49,613 bases of DNA from Planctomycetes bacterium RIFCSPLOWO2_12_FULL_50_35 (GTDB lineage: Bacteria; Planctomycetota; Brocadiia; Brocadiales; Bathyanammoxibiaceae). This document shows, piece by piece, positions 17,410-28,207 of the stretch; positions within the stretch are counted from its first letter, which is position 1; every line of letters begins with the position of its first letter. The position numbers and the translations under genes were made by a program. Under the pieces are notes generated by a model. That model was not told the DNA's origin and searched no databases. It was given only the letters and a program-made list of their open reading frames with translations. The stretch spans positions 1 to 49,613 of the forward strand of contig MHZB01000009.1 in NCBI GenBank assembly GCA_001828605.1, written 5' to 3'.

Positions 17410-18072
17410 TCATTTATTTCCCTTAAACAGCGAATCCAGGACCCCACATATATCATTGCGTATGTCCCCCACATCCCGGTCCGCGTCAATGGTGTTGAGT
17501 ACACTCCTTTTCTTATAGTAATCAATAAGGTCTGCCGTCTGTTCATGGTAGACCTTGAGCCTTTTCTTCACGGTCTCTACATTATCGTCTGGCCGCTGTC
17601 CCAGCGGCTTGCCGCACCTGTCGCAGATGCCGGCTTTTTTCGGCGGCATGTACAGCTCGTGATAATTTGCTCCACACGATGAACACAGCCACCTGCCGGT
17701 AAGGCGCTTTACCGCCGTCTTCTCCGACACGACGAAATAGAATACCCCATCGAGTTTGTATCCCAACTTCTTCAGGGTCTCGTCCAGCGCCTTTGCCTGC
17801 GCAAGGTTTCTTGGAAACCCGTCCAAAAGAAAACTGGAGTTATTGCCTCCTTTTGTCAAACAATCCGCAACGATATCTACCACCAGTTTGTCAGGGACAA
17901 GAAGACCTTTTTCCATGTACTCCCTTGCCTTCGCACCGGTAGCGGTACCTGCCTGAACCGCCTCCCTGAGCAGGTCGCCGGTGGACACGTGCTTCATGTT
18001 CTTCTTTTTGCTTAGCGTCTCCGCCTGGGTACCCTTCCCCGCTCCCGGAGGACCCAGAAATACTACGTTCAT
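17410..18072 (-). CDS. adk: Adenylate kinase (Zn-binding LID)
   Basis: GPPGAGKGTQ, STGDLLR, LDGFPR, CSSC..CDRC, RPDD. Confidence 0.97.
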   Translation of the reverse strand: MNVVFLGPPGAGKGTQAETLSKKKNMKHVSTGDLLREAVQAGTATGAKAREYMEKGLLVPDKLVVDIVADCLTKGGNNSSFLLDGFPRNLAQAKALDETLKKLGYKLDGVFYFVVSEKTAVKRLTGRWLCSSCGANYHELYMPPKKAGICDRCGKPLGQRPDDNVETVKKRLKVYHEQTADLIDYYKKRSVLNTIDADRDVGDIRNDICGVLDSLFKGNK

Positions 18073-19451
18073 CCTCTCCTGCCCCTCACTCTCGCCGAAC
18101 CACCAAGGAGTCCGCTGTAATGCCTCATAAGCAAGTGGGCCTCTATCTTCTGCAGCATATCCAGTGCGACACCCACCACTATCAGTAACCCTGTACCGCC
18201 ATAAAATCCGGCAATTGCGCGGCTTATCTCAAAGCCACTAGACATCATCATCGGAAGCAGTGCAATTATTGCCAGGAATGAGGCGCCTGCCAGGGTTATT
18301 CTGCTCATAACATTTTCGAGATATTCGGCCGTCCGACCACCCGGTCTAATACCTGGGATAAAACTGCCGTAATCCTTCAGGTTATCAGACATCTCTTTCG
18401 GGTTGAACTGTATTGCAGTCCAAAAATAGCAAAAGAACGCTATGAGAAAACAGTAGAGACCTACGTAGACGACCCCTCCCTGAAGGGCATCGGTCAGCCG
18501 TGACGTCAGCCAGTAACCAAAACTCTCCGGTTCAAACCTCACCTGCAGGCCCTGGATAATTGCAGTGGGGAATATGAGCAGAGACTGCGCAAAGATGATG
18601 GGCATAACCCCTCCCTGATTCACTCTAAGCGGTAAGAAGTGCTTCTGCCCGCCATACACCCTCCGCCCACGGGTATGTTTTGCCTGCTGGACAGGGATGC
18701 GTCTCTGACCCTGTGTAATGTACACGACGCCGGCTACTATCGCCACGAAGGAGGCTATCAACAACAACAGTTTAAAGATACCTATCTGGTGCTCAGCCGG
18801 AGCAACTGAGAACGTAAAATTGGACATAATCTGGGAAAATGCCCAGGGTAAGCGGTCCACAATGCCTACCATTATTACTATGGAAATACCGCTCCCTATT
18901 CCATGCTCGTCTATCTGCTCTCCTATCCACATCAGAAACATCGTACCCGTGGTGAGCAACAGCGAGGCCGTAAGCTGAAAGCTCGCGCCCTGTAGATACA
19001 CGGGCACCACCGGCACGTTATTTATCTCTATAGTATAGAGGGTACGGGTAAGAACAAATGCCTGAAACATACAGAGGATAACGGTAGTCATCCTCGTATA
19101 CTGATTTATTTTCTTCCTCCCTACCTCTCCTTCCTTGTGCAAGCGCTCCAGAGCCGGTATAACGCCGACCAGCAACTGAAAGATAATGGATGCACTTATA
19201 TAGGGCATGACCCCTAAGCCGAATATGGCCCCTGATGCAAGGGCACCACCGGCAAAGAGGTCTACCAGGCCAAGGAGTTGGCCTACACCGGTACCCGTAA
19301 ACTGTACAAAATATGACTTAAGAACGTTCGTATCAATACCCGGGATGGGAATAAAAACTCCCACCCTGCACAGGGCAATCAGACCCAAGGTAATCAAAAG
19401 CTTGTGCCGCAGTTCAGGTATCTTGTATATGTTCTGTAATTTGTCTATCAC
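18069..19451 (-). CDS. secY: Preprotein translocase SecY
   Basis: LGVMPYISASII.QLL, GEQI.E.GIG.GIS, RRIPVQ, FIPGIRPG, GGTGLLIVVGV. Confidence 0.98.
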   Translation of the reverse strand: MIDKLQNIYKIPELRHKLLITLGLIALCRVGVFIPIPGIDTNVLKSYFVQFTGTGVGQLLGLVDLFAGGALASGAIFGLGVMPYISASIIFQLLVGVIPALERLHKEGEVGRKKINQYTRMTTVILCMFQAFVLTRTLYTIEINNVPVVPVYLQGASFQLTASLLLTTGTMFLMWIGEQIDEHGIGSGISIVIMVGIVDRLPWAFSQIMSNFTFSVAPAEHQIGIFKLLLLIASFVAIVAGVVYITQGQRRIPVQQAKHTRGRRVYGGQKHFLPLRVNQGGVMPIIFAQSLLIFPTAIIQGLQVRFEPESFGYWLTSRLTDALQGGVVYVGLYCFLIAFFCYFWTAIQFNPKEMSDNLKDYGSFIPGIRPGGRTAEYLENVMSRITLAGASFLAIIALLPMMMSSGFEISRAIAGFYGGTGLLIVVGVALDMLQKIEAHLLMRHYSGLLGGSARVRGRRG

Positions 19452-19894
19452 TCTATAATCTTCGCCTCGCCGCCTGCGGCGGTTATTTTCTCCACGGCAT
19501 TTTTACTAAACTTGTGGGCAAATACCTTGACGGGCCTTGTAAGCTCGCCGTCTCCCAAGACCTTCACCCCGGCCCCAAGCCTTCCCCGCACCAGCCCGGA
19601 GTCCCGAAGGGTCTTAAGGTCAACAACGTCCTTCCCTTCCAAAGAATTGATTTGACCCACATTTACGATACTGAAGACCTTCTTAAAAATATTCGTAAAA
19701 CCCCTCTTGGGTATGCGGCGCACCATGGGCATCTGTCCGCCTTCAAAGTAAAGCCCGGTCTCCGTGCCCGAACGCGCCCCGGAGCCCTTCGTGCCTCTTC
19801 CGCACGTCTTGCCGAGGCCGGAACCCGGACCACATCCCAGGCGTTTTTTCCGCTGCCTCCGTTTGCCATATGTCTTAACGTCTTTAAGGTTCAT
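19448..19894 (-). CDS. rplO: 50S ribosomal protein L15
   Basis: GSGLGKTCGRG.KG..AR, FEGGQMP..RRIPKRGF, KVLGDG. Confidence 0.97.
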   Translation of the reverse strand: MNLKDVKTYGKRRQRKKRLGCGPGSGLGKTCGRGTKGSGARSGTETGLYFEGGQMPMVRRIPKRGFTNIFKKVFSIVNVGQINSLEGKDVVDLKTLRDSGLVRGRLGAGVKVLGDGELTRPVKVFAHKFSKNAVEKITAAGGEAKIIE

Positions 19895-20379
19895 TCCAGA
19901 TCAACCCCTCTAAGCTGGGCTATATACTTCGGGTCTTTTAAAGACCTAAGACCTTCCATGGTCGCCTTAACGACATTCAACGGATTTCTTGAGCCGTAAC
20001 ACTTTGAAAGTATATTCCTTACACCCGCAAGCTCCAAGACCGCCCGTGCCGCCGCTCCGGCCTTTATACCGGTACCTGGGGCAGCGGGCTTCAGAAACAC
20101 GCGAGTAGCACCATATCGCCCCCAAACCGCATATGGGATGGTGTCACCCTTAAGGACAACGGGCAACATCCCCCTTTTAGCATCTTTTGTACCCTTGGAT
20201 ATTGCGCTGGGCACCTCTCTTGCCTTGCCAAAGCCGTAACCCACCTTGCCCTGCCTATCTCCCACCACTACCAGGGCGCTAAAGCTCAGGTTTTTGCCGC
20301 CTTTGGTAACCGCAGTGCAGCGGTTGATGGAAACTACCGCCTCTTCGAGTACCCCTGCTTCTTTCTCTGGTTCTGCCAA
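19891..20379 (-). CDS. rpsE: 30S ribosomal protein S5
   Basis: VTKGG...SFSALVVVGD, G.GKA.EVP.AI, PA.PGTGI.AG. Confidence 0.97.
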   Translation of the reverse strand: MAEPEKEAGVLEEAVVSINRCTAVTKGGKNLSFSALVVVGDRQGKVGYGFGKAREVPSAISKGTKDAKRGMLPVVLKGDTIPYAVWGRYGATRVFLKPAAPGTGIKAGAAARAVLELAGVRNILSKCYGSRNPLNVVKATMEGLRSLKDPKYIAQLRGVDLE

Positions 20380-20391
20380 ATCTTCACCTCT

Positions 20392-20763
20392 CTAAAATTG
20401 GAGCTCTGCCTTTCTTGCTGCATCAGCCAAGGCCTTTATCCTGCCGTGAAACTTATAAAAACTCCTGTCAAAGACCACCTTGCTGACGCCGATTCTCTTC
20501 GCCTCACTTGCAATCTTCTGTCCTACCAGTTCTGCCGCCTTTTTATTCCCCCCTCCCCCCGAAATCTTCTCTTTGATGTCCGGCGAGAGGGTGGAGGCCG
20601 ACGCCATGGTCCTGCCCTCACCGTCATCAATCAGCTGGCAGTACAAATTGTTGAGGCTCCTGTAGACGGAGAGCCGCGGTCTGTCCTTGGTGCCGCAGAC
20701 CTTCCGGCGCACCCTTAAATGCCTCTTATGCCTTTGTCTCCACTTTTTCCTCTGCGCGTCCAC
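20392..20763 (-). CDS. rplR: 50S ribosomal protein L18
   Basis: RPRLSVYRS...Y.QLIDD, VVFDR..YKFHGRIKALADAAR; GTG start behind SD GAGGAGG. Confidence 0.96.
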   Translation of the reverse strand: MDAQRKKWRQRHKRHLRVRRKVCGTKDRPRLSVYRSLNNLYCQLIDDGEGRTMASASTLSPDIKEKISGGGGNKKAAELVGQKIASEAKRIGVSKVVFDRSFYKFHGRIKALADAARKAELQF

Positions 20764-20779
20764 GACAAAAAGACCTCCT

Positions 20780-21346
20780 CTACTGCTGCTGACTGCCAAA
20801 GGCCTTGCCAGCTTTTCTCCGCACCGTCTCGCCCTTGTACTTCACACCCTTGCCCTTATAAGGTTCTACGGGTCTCAACTTCCGTATCCTAGCGGCAATC
20901 TGCCCCACCAACTGTTTGTCAACGCCGCTTATGGTAAATTTTGCGGGGTTTGTGGGCTGTATGACTTGTACCGTCATGCCTTCGGGTATCTTGACTTGGA
21001 CCGGCTTAGTGTATCCCAATGCCAGCACCAAATCCTTCCCCTGCAGCTTCACGTTATAACCCAGCCCTACTATCTCCATCTCTTTTGCAAAGCCTTTTGT
21101 CACACCCTCCACAGCGTTGGCCACCAACGTCCTTGAAAGACCGTGAAAGGCCCTTTGTTTCGGATTGTCCGAACGCATCTTTATATTGATGAGCCTGGCA
21201 TCCGCATCGTACTCCGCCATCACTGCAGGATGAACGGTCTGAGAAAACTGCCCCTTAGGCCCCTTTACATTTACAGTACGTTGGTCTATTACAGTAACGT
21301 CCACACCCTTGGGGACGGCTATAGGTAACCTTCCTATACGAGACAT
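20780..21346 (-). CDS. rplF: 50S ribosomal protein L6
   Basis: MSRIGR.PI, VKGPKG, EPYKGKGVKY..E.VRRKAGK. Confidence 0.97.
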   Translation of the reverse strand: MSRIGRLPIAVPKGVDVTVIDQRTVNVKGPKGQFSQTVHPAVMAEYDADARLINIKMRSDNPKQRAFHGLSRTLVANAVEGVTKGFAKEMEIVGLGYNVKLQGKDLVLALGYTKPVQVKIPEGMTVQVIQPTNPAKFTISGVDKQLVGQIAARIRKLRPVEPYKGKGVKYKGETVRRKAGKAFGSQQQ

Positions 21347-21360
21347 AACAACTCACTCTC

Positions 21361-21759
21361 CTACCAAACAGTGCATATGATCTCTCCACCCACTTTGGCC
21401 TTACGGCACTCTCTGTCGCTCATGATGCCTTTGGGGGTGGATACAATGGCAACACCCACGCCTCCCATGACCTTTCCCAAGTCATCTACACCCGTGTACA
21501 ACCTCCGCCCGGGTTTGCTCTCCCGCTTCAGTTGGCGTATGACCCTCTCTTTCTGATTGCCATACTTGAGGTAGACCCTGATGACGCCCTGACGGTTGTC
21601 TTCTATCTCCTTATAGTCCTTTATGAATCCTTCAGCCTTAAGGACTCTTGCCACCTCACACTTTGCGTTTGAGCGGGGTACGTCCACGCTTTCTTTTGCC
21701 CTCATGTTTGCGTTTCTAATGCGCGTCAACATATCTGCAATGGGGTCGGTCATCGTCAT
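21361..21759 (-). CDS. rpsH: 30S ribosomal protein S8
   Basis: [35 protein letters not shown]. Confidence 0.98.
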   Translation of the reverse strand: MTMTDPIADMLTRIRNANMRAKESVDVPRSNAKCEVARVLKAEGFIKDYKEIEDNRQGVIRVYLKYGNQKERVIRQLKRESKPGRRLYTGVDDLGKVMGGVGVAIVSTPKGIMSDRECRKAKVGGEIICTVW

Positions 21760-21768
21760 GGTATTCTC

Positions 21769-21954
21769 CTACCAGCTTGCCTTTCTGACTCCCGGTATTT
21801 CTCCCTTGGAGGCCAGGTTCCTGAAACAAATCCTGCATATCTGAAACTTGCGGTAATATGCCCTTCGCCTGCCGCAGAGTTGACAGCGGTTATACTTGCG
21901 CGTCTTGTACTTAGGTTCTCTTTTTGCCTTTACTAATAGAGCCTTTCTAGCCAT
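21769..21954 (-). CDS. rpsN: 30S ribosomal protein S14 type Z
   Basis: 61 aa, RCQLCGR...[17 protein letters not shown]. Confidence 0.97.
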   Translation of the reverse strand: MARKALLVKAKREPKYKTRKYNRCQLCGRRRAYYRKFQICRICFRNLASKGEIPGVRKASW

Positions 21955-21958
21955 ATCC

Positions 21959-22498
21959 TTAGTCCCTAAACGGTGTCCCCAATATACGGAGCAGCTCCTT
22001 AGACCTTTCCTTCTGCTTGCCGCTAATTACTATAGTTATATCCATGCCCTGCACGAACTCCACGTCCTCCGGACTTATCTCGGGAAAGACCAACTGTTCA
22101 TGTATGCCAAGGGTATAATTCCCGGCCTCGTCAAACCCCTTGGATGACAACCCCCTAAAGTCCTTTATCCTGGGCAGAGTTACGTTAACGAGTCTATCCA
22201 GAAACTCGTACATCCTAACGCCCCTCAAGGTTGCCTTGCAACCAATGGGGTTGCCTTTCCTGAGCTTAAATTCAGCTAAAGACTTCTTGGCCTTGGTGAC
22301 CACGGGCTTCTGCCCTGTAATAAGCCCCAGTTGCTTTTGGGCGTCTTCAAGGCATTTCTTGTTCTCCAGGGCCTTGCCGACCCCCATATTTACCACTATT
22401 TTGGAGATCCTGGGTACCGCCATAACATTTTTGTAGCCGTACTTCTTGACCATTTCCGGAATGATCTTTTCTTTATAGAGCTTCAATAACCTAGCCAT
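21959..22498 (-). CDS. rplE: 50S ribosomal protein L5
   Basis: [45 protein letters not shown]. Confidence 0.98.
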   Translation of the reverse strand: MARLLKLYKEKIIPEMVKKYGYKNVMAVPRISKIVVNMGVGKALENKKCLEDAQKQLGLITGQKPVVTKAKKSLAEFKLRKGNPIGCKATLRGVRMYEFLDRLVNVTLPRIKDFRGLSSKGFDEAGNYTLGIHEQLVFPEISPEDVEFVQGMDITIVISGKQKERSKELLRILGTPFRD

Positions 22499-22501
22499 CC
22501 C

Positions 22502-22843
22502 TTATCCCTCGGTTCCTGCCGTTATTGCACGTCCACACTTATAACAGACCCGCATTTTCGATTTTCCTTTTTCTTGCTTAACGCGGGTCCTCACGCCCCT
22601 GTTATGCTTTGCGCAATTCTTGTTCGTACACACCACAAGTACATTGGACACCGCTATGGGGGCCTCTTTCTGCACCCTCCCGCCCTGTGGATTCTTCTGA
22701 CTGGGACGAACGTGCCTATTGATATAGTTAATACCTTCCACCAAGACCCTGTTTTCTTTGGGAAAGACAGTCAGTATCTTTCCGGTCTTACCGGCCTCAT
22801 TGCCTGTTATAACTTCTACTATGTCGTTCTTTACTACGTGCAT
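22502..22843 (-). CDS. rplX: 50S ribosomal protein L24
   Basis: KOW motif D.VEVITG...GKTGK, VEGIN, EAPI.VSNV. Confidence 0.95.
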   Translation of the reverse strand: MHVVKNDIVEVITGNEAGKTGKILTVFPKENRVLVEGINYINRHVRPSQKNPQGGRVQKEAPIAVSNVLVVCTNKNCAKHNRGVRTRVKQEKGKSKMRVCYKCGRAITAGTEG

Positions 22844-22858
22844 ATCGCGATCTCTTCT

Positions 22859-23227
22859 CTACACCACTTCCGGAGCCAGAGACAATATCTTCATAAATTT
22901 CTTCTGTCTCAATTCCCTTGCCACGGCACCAAAGATTCTGGTACCCTTGGGGTTACCGTCGTCGTCGATGATTACAACGGCATTCTTGTCAAACCGTAAA
23001 AACGAACCGTCTTCCCTGCCAATGTTATTCTTAGTACGTACCACCACACCCCTTACGACATCTCCCTTTTTTACCTCTCCTCCAGGTATGGCCTTCTTCA
23101 CAGAGGCTACTATAATATCGCCAATTCCGGCATATCTCCTGGCAGAGCCGCCCAGCACCTTTATGCACATGACCCTCTTGGCACCCGTGTTATCGGCGAC
23201 ATCCAACTTTGTATATTCCATTATCAT
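22859..23227 (-). CDS. rplN: 50S ribosomal protein L14
   Basis: [26 protein letters not shown]. Confidence 0.98.
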   Translation of the reverse strand: MIMEYTKLDVADNTGAKRVMCIKVLGGSARRYAGIGDIIVASVKKAIPGGEVKKGDVVRGVVVRTKNNIGREDGSFLRFDKNAVVIIDDDGNPKGTRIFGAVARELRQKKFMKILSLAPEVV

Positions 23228-23485
23228 CTACGCAGTCTCCTCCAATACCCGCACCAGCCGCCAACGTTTGGTCTTGCTGAGAGGCCTTGTCTCCATAATC
23301 TCCACCGTATCGCCCACCTTTGCCTTATTCCCTTCATCGTGCGTCCTATATGCTGTAACATTCTTGACGTATTTACCGTAGCGTGGGTGTCTCCTCTGCC
23401 TTTCCACCTTTACAATAATGGTCTTATCCATCTTGTCGCTGCTGACTACGCCTATTACCCGTTTTCTGCGGCTCGTGTTTCTCAT
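23228..23485 (-). CDS. rpsQ: 30S ribosomal protein S17
   Basis: [28 protein letters not shown]. Confidence 0.97.
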   Translation of the reverse strand: MRNTSRRKRVIGVVSSDKMDKTIIVKVERQRRHPRYGKYVKNVTAYRTHDEGNKAKVGDTVEIMETRPLSKTKRWRLVRVLEETA

Positions 23486-23715
23486 TGCTTCTTGGTCTCT
23501 CCGGAGTAGAGCCTCTTGTTGATACCCAGATCCATCTCTCTCAATATCGTTTTCGTCCTTGCTATTTTCTTTCTGGTCTTGGCGTATTGTGCGGAGTTCT
23601 TAAGCTCCCCTGCCTGCCATTGGATCCTGAGGTTCAACAGCTCCCTCTTACTCCCCTCCAATTCTGCCAGGATATCTTCACGCAATTTGGTCCTAATTTC
23701 CCCAGGTTTCATCAC
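23482..23715 (-). CDS. rpmC: 50S ribosomal protein L29
   Basis: Position between rplP and rpsQ; EL.NLR.Q...G.L.N, RK.IAR.KT.LRE. Confidence 0.9.
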   Translation of the reverse strand: MMKPGEIRTKLREDILAELEGSKRELLNLRIQWQAGELKNSAQYAKTRKKIARTKTILREMDLGINKRLYSGETKKQ

Positions 23716-24128
23716 TAGACCCTCCTAGTTATCATCCTGACACTTACAGGGAGCTTGTGGGCCACACGGTTAAACGCCTGTCTTGCCATAGCCTCGGGTA
23801 CGCCCCCGATCTCATAGATTACGGTGCCGGGCTTTACAACAGCAACCCAGAATTCCGGCTCACCTTTACCCTTTCCCATACGTGTCTCTATCGGCTTTGA
23901 GCTGACGGATTTTTGCGGGAAGACCCTGATAACCAGCTTCCCCTCCCTACCCAGGAAATGGCTTACCGCAACCCTGCCTGCCTCTAGCTGCTGTGCGGTA
24001 ATCCAGCCGGGATCCATGCTCTGAAGACCGTATTCGCAAAAGGCCACAGTATGGCCCCTTGTGGCGTTACCCTTGATGCGTCTGCGCTGGGTCTTCCTAA
24101 ACTTTACTCTCTTTGGCATCAGCCGCAT
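23715..24128 (-). CDS. rplP: 50S ribosomal protein L16
   Basis: MPKRVKFRK, Q.EAGR, ETRMGKGKG.PE.W, KLP. Confidence 0.97.
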   Translation of the reverse strand: MRLMPKRVKFRKTQRRRIKGNATRGHTVAFCEYGLQSMDPGWITAQQLEAGRVAVSHFLGREGKLVIRVFPQKSVSSKPIETRMGKGKGEPEFWVAVVKPGTVIYEIGGVPEAMARQAFNRVAHKLPVSVRMITRRV

Positions 24129-24771
24129 AGCGACGTTTCTCCCCGGGGGCTAACTCCCCCTTGTATATCCAGACCTTCACGCCTATAGTCCCATAGGTGG
24201 TAAAGGCCTCGTGGAAACCGTAATCAATATCTGCCCTTAAGGTGTGGAGCGGAATTTTGCCCGTGCTAACAGACTCGGTCCTGGCTATCTCCGCCCCCCC
24301 CAGTCTTCCCGATATCTGAATCTTGAACCCCTCGGCACCTGCGTTCATAGACGTGTCCATCGCCTTTCTCAATGTCCTGCGGAAGGCGGCCCGTTTCATC
24401 AACTGCTCCACCACTGCTTCGGCAACAAGCTGGGCATTCAGCTCCGGCTTAGCCACTTCCTTTATCTTTATTGTTATCTGACGCCCAGTTAACCCCTCCA
24501 GTTCTTCTTTCAGCTTGTCTATACCCGAGCCCTTACGCCCAATAATAAGACCGGGACGGGCCGTATGAAGGGTAACTCTAGCCTCTTCTCTAGTCCTCTC
24601 TATGTGTACGGCCGGTATGCCCGCAAATTGATAGTTCTTCTTGATATATTTGCGGATTTTTTGGTCTTCTACCAGAAGCGTACCGAATTCCTTCTTGTTG
24701 GCATACCAGGTGGAACGCCAGTCCTCGGTTATACCTATCCTGAATCCTCTCGGATTGACCTTTTGGCCCAT
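24097..24771 (-). CDS. rpsC: 30S ribosomal protein S3
   Basis: MGQKVNP.GFR.G, RPG..IGRKG, SGRLGGAEIAR, PLHTLRADIDY, GVKVWI. Confidence 0.98.
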   Translation of the reverse strand: MGQKVNPRGFRIGITEDWRSTWYANKKEFGTLLVEDQKIRKYIKKNYQFAGIPAVHIERTREEARVTLHTARPGLIIGRKGSGIDKLKEELEGLTGRQITIKIKEVAKPELNAQLVAEAVVEQLMKRAAFRRTLRKAMDTSMNAGAEGFKIQISGRLGGAEIARTESVSTGKIPLHTLRADIDYGFHEAFTTYGTIGVKVWIYKGELAPGEKRRYAADAKESKV

Positions 24772-24785
24772 AACGTTCTCTCTCC

Positions 24786-25127
24786 CTATCGTTTGCCTTC
24801 GTCCGAAACAACCACGGTAATGTGACTGGTCCGACTCACCATCGGCGCCCCCATACCTCTGGGCCTGGCCCAGTGCCACTTGTGCATGGGTCCGCAATTC
24901 ACCCTGGTCTCCTGTACCACAAGGGCATCCAGGTTCCCTCCCGCGGTCTCTTCCGCATTGGCCAGTGCAGACCTGAGTACCTTATCTATCACGTATGCAG
25001 CCCTCTTGCGAGTACCGCGGAGTATCTGCAAGGCATCGTTCACCGGTTTACCCTTTATAAGAGCAGCCACCAGCCTTGCCTTCTGCGGAGATATCTGTGC
25101 GTATCTATAAATTGCCTTTGCCTTCAT
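24786..25127 (-). CDS. rplV: 50S ribosomal protein L22
   Basis: SPQKARLVA..I.G, SA.ANAE, R.SHITVV. Confidence 0.96.
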   Translation of the reverse strand: MKAKAIYRYAQISPQKARLVAALIKGKPVNDALQILRGTRKRAAYVIDKVLRSALANAEETAGGNLDALVVQETRVNCGPMHKWHWARPRGMGAPMVSRTSHITVVVSDEGKR

Positions 25128-25129
25128 CG

Positions 25130-25420
25130 CTACCGCCCAAGGGCCTTCATCTCTTTCTTCTTTATTCCACCATGACCTCTGAAGATGCGCGTGGGAGAAA
25201 ACTCGCCTAGCTTGTGCCCAACCATATCTTCTGCAACGAAAAGTTTTTGAAATATCTTGCCGTTGTGGATAAGAAAAGTATGACCTACAAATTCAGGGAC
25301 AACTGTACAGGACCTGGCCCAGGTCTTTATAGGCTCCTTCTGTCCAGAGTCCTTCTGTTTCATTACCTTATTCATAAGCTTTTCGTCTACACAGGGTCCC
25401 TTTTTTACCGAACGGCTCAT
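25130..25420 (-). CDS. rpsS: 30S ribosomal protein S19
   Basis: RSVKKGP, KTWAR, HNGK, MVGHKLGEFSPTR.F.GH. Confidence 0.98.
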   Translation of the reverse strand: MSRSVKKGPCVDEKLMNKVMKQKDSGQKEPIKTWARSCTVVPEFVGHTFLIHNGKIFQKLFVAEDMVGHKLGEFSPTRIFRGHGGIKKKEMKALGR

Positions 25421-25433
25421 GTCTTACGATACC

Positions 25434-26255
25434 TCATTTCTGCCTTCTGCGAATTATAAACTTGTTGCTTAACGCCCTTTTGTTTCTGGTCTTACCACCC
25501 TTGGAGAGTACGCCCGTCGGAGAGCAAGGCGGACGACCGCCGTGCGCTCTTCCCTCGCCACCGCCCATCGGGTGTGACACGGGGTTCATAGCTACCCCTC
25601 GCACATGGGACCTTATGCCCATATGCCGGCTCCTGCCAGCCTTGCCGATAACTACGTTAATATGGTCGGCATTTCCGATATGCCCTATTGTGGCCCTGCA
25701 GTCCTCGTGCACCTTGCGTATCTCACCGGACGGTAAGATTATATGGACATACCCGCCTTCCCTGGCCAGGAGACGGACCAGACTGCCTGCGGACCTTGAC
25801 AACTGCCCGCCGTGACCTATCTCAAGTTCAACGTTGTGTATGTCCATTCCTAAAGGGATGTTCTTGAGCGGCATGGCGTTTCCTATCTTTGGCTCCACCT
25901 TTTCCCCGGAGGCAATGGCATCCCCTACCTTGAGCCCCTCCGGAGCAATGATGTACCTCTTTTCACCGTCTCTGTAGTACAGAAGCGCTATCCTGGCAGA
26001 CCTGTTGGGATCGTATTCTATAGAGGCCACCTTTGCCGGCACATCGTCCTTATTCCTCTTAAAGTCGATTATTCTGTATTGCCTCTTTGCCCCGCCACCC
26101 ATACGTCTGGTAGTCATCCTACCCCGATTGTTCCTGCCTCCCGTTCTAGAGAGGGGTTCCAACAGGCTTCTTTCGGGTTTCTTCGAGGTTATCTCAGAAA
26201 AATCCAAGACACTGGCAAAACGTCTACCCGGAGATGTGGGTTTGTATTTTCTCAT
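25434..26255 (-). CDS. rplB: 50S ribosomal protein L2
   Basis: [38 protein letters not shown]. Confidence 0.98.
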   Translation of the reverse strand: MRKYKPTSPGRRFASVLDFSEITSKKPERSLLEPLSRTGGRNNRGRMTTRRMGGGAKRQYRIIDFKRNKDDVPAKVASIEYDPNRSARIALLYYRDGEKRYIIAPEGLKVGDAIASGEKVEPKIGNAMPLKNIPLGMDIHNVELEIGHGGQLSRSAGSLVRLLAREGGYVHIILPSGEIRKVHEDCRATIGHIGNADHINVVIGKAGRSRHMGIRSHVRGVAMNPVSHPMGGGEGRAHGGRPPCSPTGVLSKGGKTRNKRALSNKFIIRRRQK

Positions 26256-26268
26256 AATTATCCCGCTG

Positions 26269-26550
26269 TTAATACCCCAAGTCTATGGCGCCGCCTTCTT
26301 TGAGCGTTACCACGGCTTTCTTCCAAGTGTGAATCTTAGCCGGCCCAAACCGTGTCCTCTTGGGTTTGGTACGGTTATTCATAGTCCTTACTTCTTGTAC
26401 CTTTACGTTAAAAAGCTTCTCCACTGCCTGCTTTACCTGTATCTTATTGGCCCTCCTATCCACCTCAAAGTGGTAGGCCTTATTCCTGTCTCTGTCTGAG
26501 ACACTTTTTTCGGTATGTAAAGGTCTCTTTATGATTCTGTATATATCCAA
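26269..26550 (-). CDS. rplW: 50S ribosomal protein L23
   Basis: P..TEKS, F.V...ANK..VKQAVE.LF.VKV, WKKA.VTL. Confidence 0.96.
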   Translation of the reverse strand: MDIYRIIKRPLHTEKSVSDRDRNKAYHFEVDRRANKIQVKQAVEKLFNVKVQEVRTMNNRTKPKRTRFGPAKIHTWKKAVVTLKEGGAIDLGY

Positions 26551-26556
26551 TGTCTC

Positions 26557-27168
26557 TTACCCAATATTACCAAACTCGGAACGAGTTATAAGAAGCTTGT
26601 TATACTTCAATACATCGTAGGCATTTAGCTGAGATGCCTTCATGACCTTCAACCTGGGGATATTCCTGGCAGACCTCCAGATTGTATGGTCGTTGTCATC
26701 TGCTACGACCAGGCAGCTTCCCTCTATGCCAAGTGTCTTTAGCAAACCTACCATTTTCTTTGTACTAGGTTTGTCAAACTCCAGTTTGTCTATAACCTTC
26801 ACCTCTCTGTCCATCAGCTTGCCCAACAGGGCGGAATGAAGCGCCCGTTTCTTGGCCTTTCTGGGTATCTGGTATGAATAATCCCTAGGCTTGGGACCAA
26901 ACACAACACCGCCTCCACGGAAAAGAGGAGACTGCAGTGTACCCGCCCGCGCCCTACCCGTGTGTTTCTGAGCCCAAGGCTTCTTTCCGGTGCCGACCAC
27001 CTCTCCCTTGGTCTTGGTAGAGGCGGTACCAACCCTCTTGTTCGCCTCGTACATCAACACGGCCTCTTTGAGGAGGGCCTTATGCACCTCACCGCCGAAT
27101 CTGGCCTCTTCCAGTTCCAGCTTCTCCACCTCTTTGCCCTTAGAATCATAGACTGCCAGCTCTATCAC
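26557..27168 (-). CDS. rplD: 50S ribosomal protein L4
   Basis: GT..TKT.GEV, KPW.QK.TGRAR.G, GGGV.FGPKPR, S.RNIP. Confidence 0.97.
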   Translation of the reverse strand: MIELAVYDSKGKEVEKLELEEARFGGEVHKALLKEAVLMYEANKRVGTASTKTKGEVVGTGKKPWAQKHTGRARAGTLQSPLFRGGGVVFGPKPRDYSYQIPRKAKKRALHSALLGKLMDREVKVIDKLEFDKPSTKKMVGLLKTLGIEGSCLVVADDNDHTIWRSARNIPRLKVMKASQLNAYDVLKYNKLLITRSEFGNIG

Positions 27169-27806
27169 GACACGCGCCCTTCCTTAATGCTCCTTTTTAT
27201 AACCACATACCCACCGTCCGCTCCCGGCACGGCCCCCTTCACCAAGAGCAGGTTCCGCTCCTTATCCACCTTTACCACCTCTAGGTTTTGGGCAGTCACC
27301 CTCCTCTGTCCGCCGTGGCCCGCCATCTTCAGCCCCTTCAATACCCTGCCGGGGAAGGTGTTGCTGCCGATGGACCCTACCGACCTGTGCTTGACGTGAC
27401 CGTGGGTCCTGGGCTGTCCTTTAAACCCCCATCTCTTCATCGCCCCCTCAAATCCCTTACCCTTGCTGATGCCTACCACATCAACCTTTTTTATGTCTTC
27501 AAACATGTCCACCTTCAAGGCCTGACCTGCTTCAAGGGCTGGTTCTCCATTGTAAGCGACCTCGCGGATAAACCTTTTCGGACCTGTACCCGCCTTCTTT
27601 GCATGGCCAATGCGTGGCCTTGTAGCCCTCTTCTCCTTCATGCCGTCAAAACCCAGTTGAACGGCGAAGTAGCCGTCTCTTTCAGGAGTCTTTACCTGGA
27701 GGATGTCACACGGTCCCGCCTCAATGACTGTGACGGGAACCCGGGTACCGTCCTCGCGGAATATCTGAGTCTTTCCCAATTTCTTTCCGAGTAAACCATC
27801 AACCAT
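27165..27806 (-). CDS. rplC: 50S ribosomal protein L3
   Basis: GKK.G.TQIF, DGY.AVQ.G, SKGKGF.G, PGRV.KG.KMAG..G, VKGAVPG. Confidence 0.97.
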   Translation of the reverse strand: MVDGLLGKKLGKTQIFREDGTRVPVTVIEAGPCDILQVKTPERDGYFAVQLGFDGMKEKRATRPRIGHAKKAGTGPKRFIREVAYNGEPALEAGQALKVDMFEDIKKVDVVGISKGKGFEGAMKRWGFKGQPRTHGHVKHRSVGSIGSNTFPGRVLKGLKMAGHGGQRRVTAQNLEVVKVDKERNLLLVKGAVPGADGGYVVIKRSIKEGRVS

Positions 27807-27840
27807 TACGTTCTCTTCCCTTCTATAATAATATGGTGCC

Positions 27841-28152
27841 CTACACCTTTATCCTTATCTCTATGCCGGCGGGCATATTGAGCCTATTAAGCGCGTCTAC
27901 CGTCTTGGCCGTTGGCTCTACTATATCAATAAGGCGCTTGTGCGTCCTGATCTCGAACTGCTCCCTGGACTTCTTGTCTACGTGGGGAGACCTAAGCACC
28001 GTATATCTTTCAATACGGGTTGGGAGCGGTACGGGTCCGGAGACCTTGGCGCCCGTTGTCTTTGCTGTCTCCACTATATCGGCCGCGGCCTGGTCCAAGA
28101 CCTTATGGTCGTAGGCCTCCATACGTATTCTAATCTTTTGGTCTATTACCAT
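27841..28152 (-). CDS. rpsJ: 30S ribosomal protein S10
   Basis: [36 protein letters not shown]. Confidence 0.98.
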   Translation of the reverse strand: MVIDQKIRIRMEAYDHKVLDQAAADIVETAKTTGAKVSGPVPLPTRIERYTVLRSPHVDKKSREQFEIRTHKRLIDIVEPTAKTVDALNRLNMPAGIEIRIKV

Positions 28153-28207
28153 ATCTTGCCTGGGGAAAAAGTTCCTATGATACTCTTTTTTCTTTCTATG
28201 TCAACAT

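Noticed and set aside
26950-26985. L4 loop QKHTG instead of QKGTG as a macrolide-resistance allele
   Set aside because: His at this position occurs naturally in other bacteria such as Thermus; not diagnostic
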